Positions 63,755-64,000 of a stretch of 64,000 nucleotides of DNA are shown piece by piece. The stretch's first letter is position 1; each line of letters starts with the position of its first letter. The stretch lies in contig CAWECN010000016.1 in NCBI GenBank assembly GCA_963807625.1, positions 69,824 through 133,823 of the forward strand, in the 5' to 3' direction. Origin of the DNA: an uncultured Gammaproteobacteria bacterium (lineage in GTDB: Bacteria; Pseudomonadota; Gammaproteobacteria; SZUA-229). Both the position numbers and the translations under genes were made by a program. The notes beneath the pieces were generated by a model, which did no database searches, was not told the DNA's origin, and worked only from the letters and a program-made list of their open reading frames with translations.

Positions 63755-63820
63755 TCCCAACGTTTGAGCTAACTTGGCGGCGCGTTTTCTGCGCCGGTCA
63801 AGTTGAGTGATTTGTTAGAG
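63755..63820 (-). mobile_element. Integron attC recombination site (66 bp)
   Basis: Minus strand CTCTAAC-AAATCACTCAACTTGACCGGCGCAGAAAACGCGCCGCCAAGTTAGCTCAAAC-GTTGGGA: R'' and R' boxes, L boxes, central hairpin. Confidence 0.88.
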
Positions 63821-63999
63821 TTTAAACGTATAAATAATACCCCAGTAAGGCCGCCAACTATAATTAGTAACCAGCCAAACATAATGAGCCCGAACATACT
63901 GAAACTTAACCATATTGGAATGATGTCCATTATATACATTTGAAATGGAACACCATAGGCAGCGATTAAAGCATGAATGAATGTATATGATAAAAAAGT
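63769..63999 (-). CDS. 3' end of a hydrophobic gene-cassette ORF running into the attC
   Basis: Open frame from the window edge ...IIVGGLTGVLFIRLNSNKSLNLTGAENAPPS*; stop lies inside attC. Confidence 0.7.
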   Translation of the reverse strand, partial: TFLSYTFIHALIAAYGVPFQMYIMDIIPIWLSFSMFGLIMFGWLLIIVGGLTGVLFIRLNSNKSLNLTGAENAPPS

Positions 64000-64000
64000 A

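Overview
Chromosomal window from a moderately AT-rich gammaproteobacterium, probably marine or sediment-dwelling (inferred from gene content). Most of it is housekeeping or accessory genes: rhlE, ybiT-like ABC-F, monomeric icd, dsbB, nemA, pcm, ybbAP-tesA, tas, a PhoPQ-like two-component system and two GGDEF-EAL proteins. All product calls come from motifs recognised by eye; no searches were run. Six features stand out. (1) A fatty-acid signal-like cluster at 3.8-9.5 kb: NodE/NodF-like KS+ACP divergent from an RpfF-type DSF synthase with an Arg-rich tail, plus an acyltransferase and a membrane GGDEF-EAL. (2) Two paralogous 35/38-aa membrane micropeptide genes, absent from the ORF track, with conserved leaders and terminators; they bracket a ubiquitin-like/Mut7-C RNase gene. 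(3) Two duplicated secreted Gly/Gln-rich proteins. (4) A B12-dependent CarH/LitR photoreceptor locus with an unannotated small ORF. (5) A degenerate tRNA-Asp. (6) An AT-richer variable right end: a sugar-transporter module between 21-bp direct repeats, and an integron attC site with no integrase in view. Two frameshifted genes and two gene remnants are also present.
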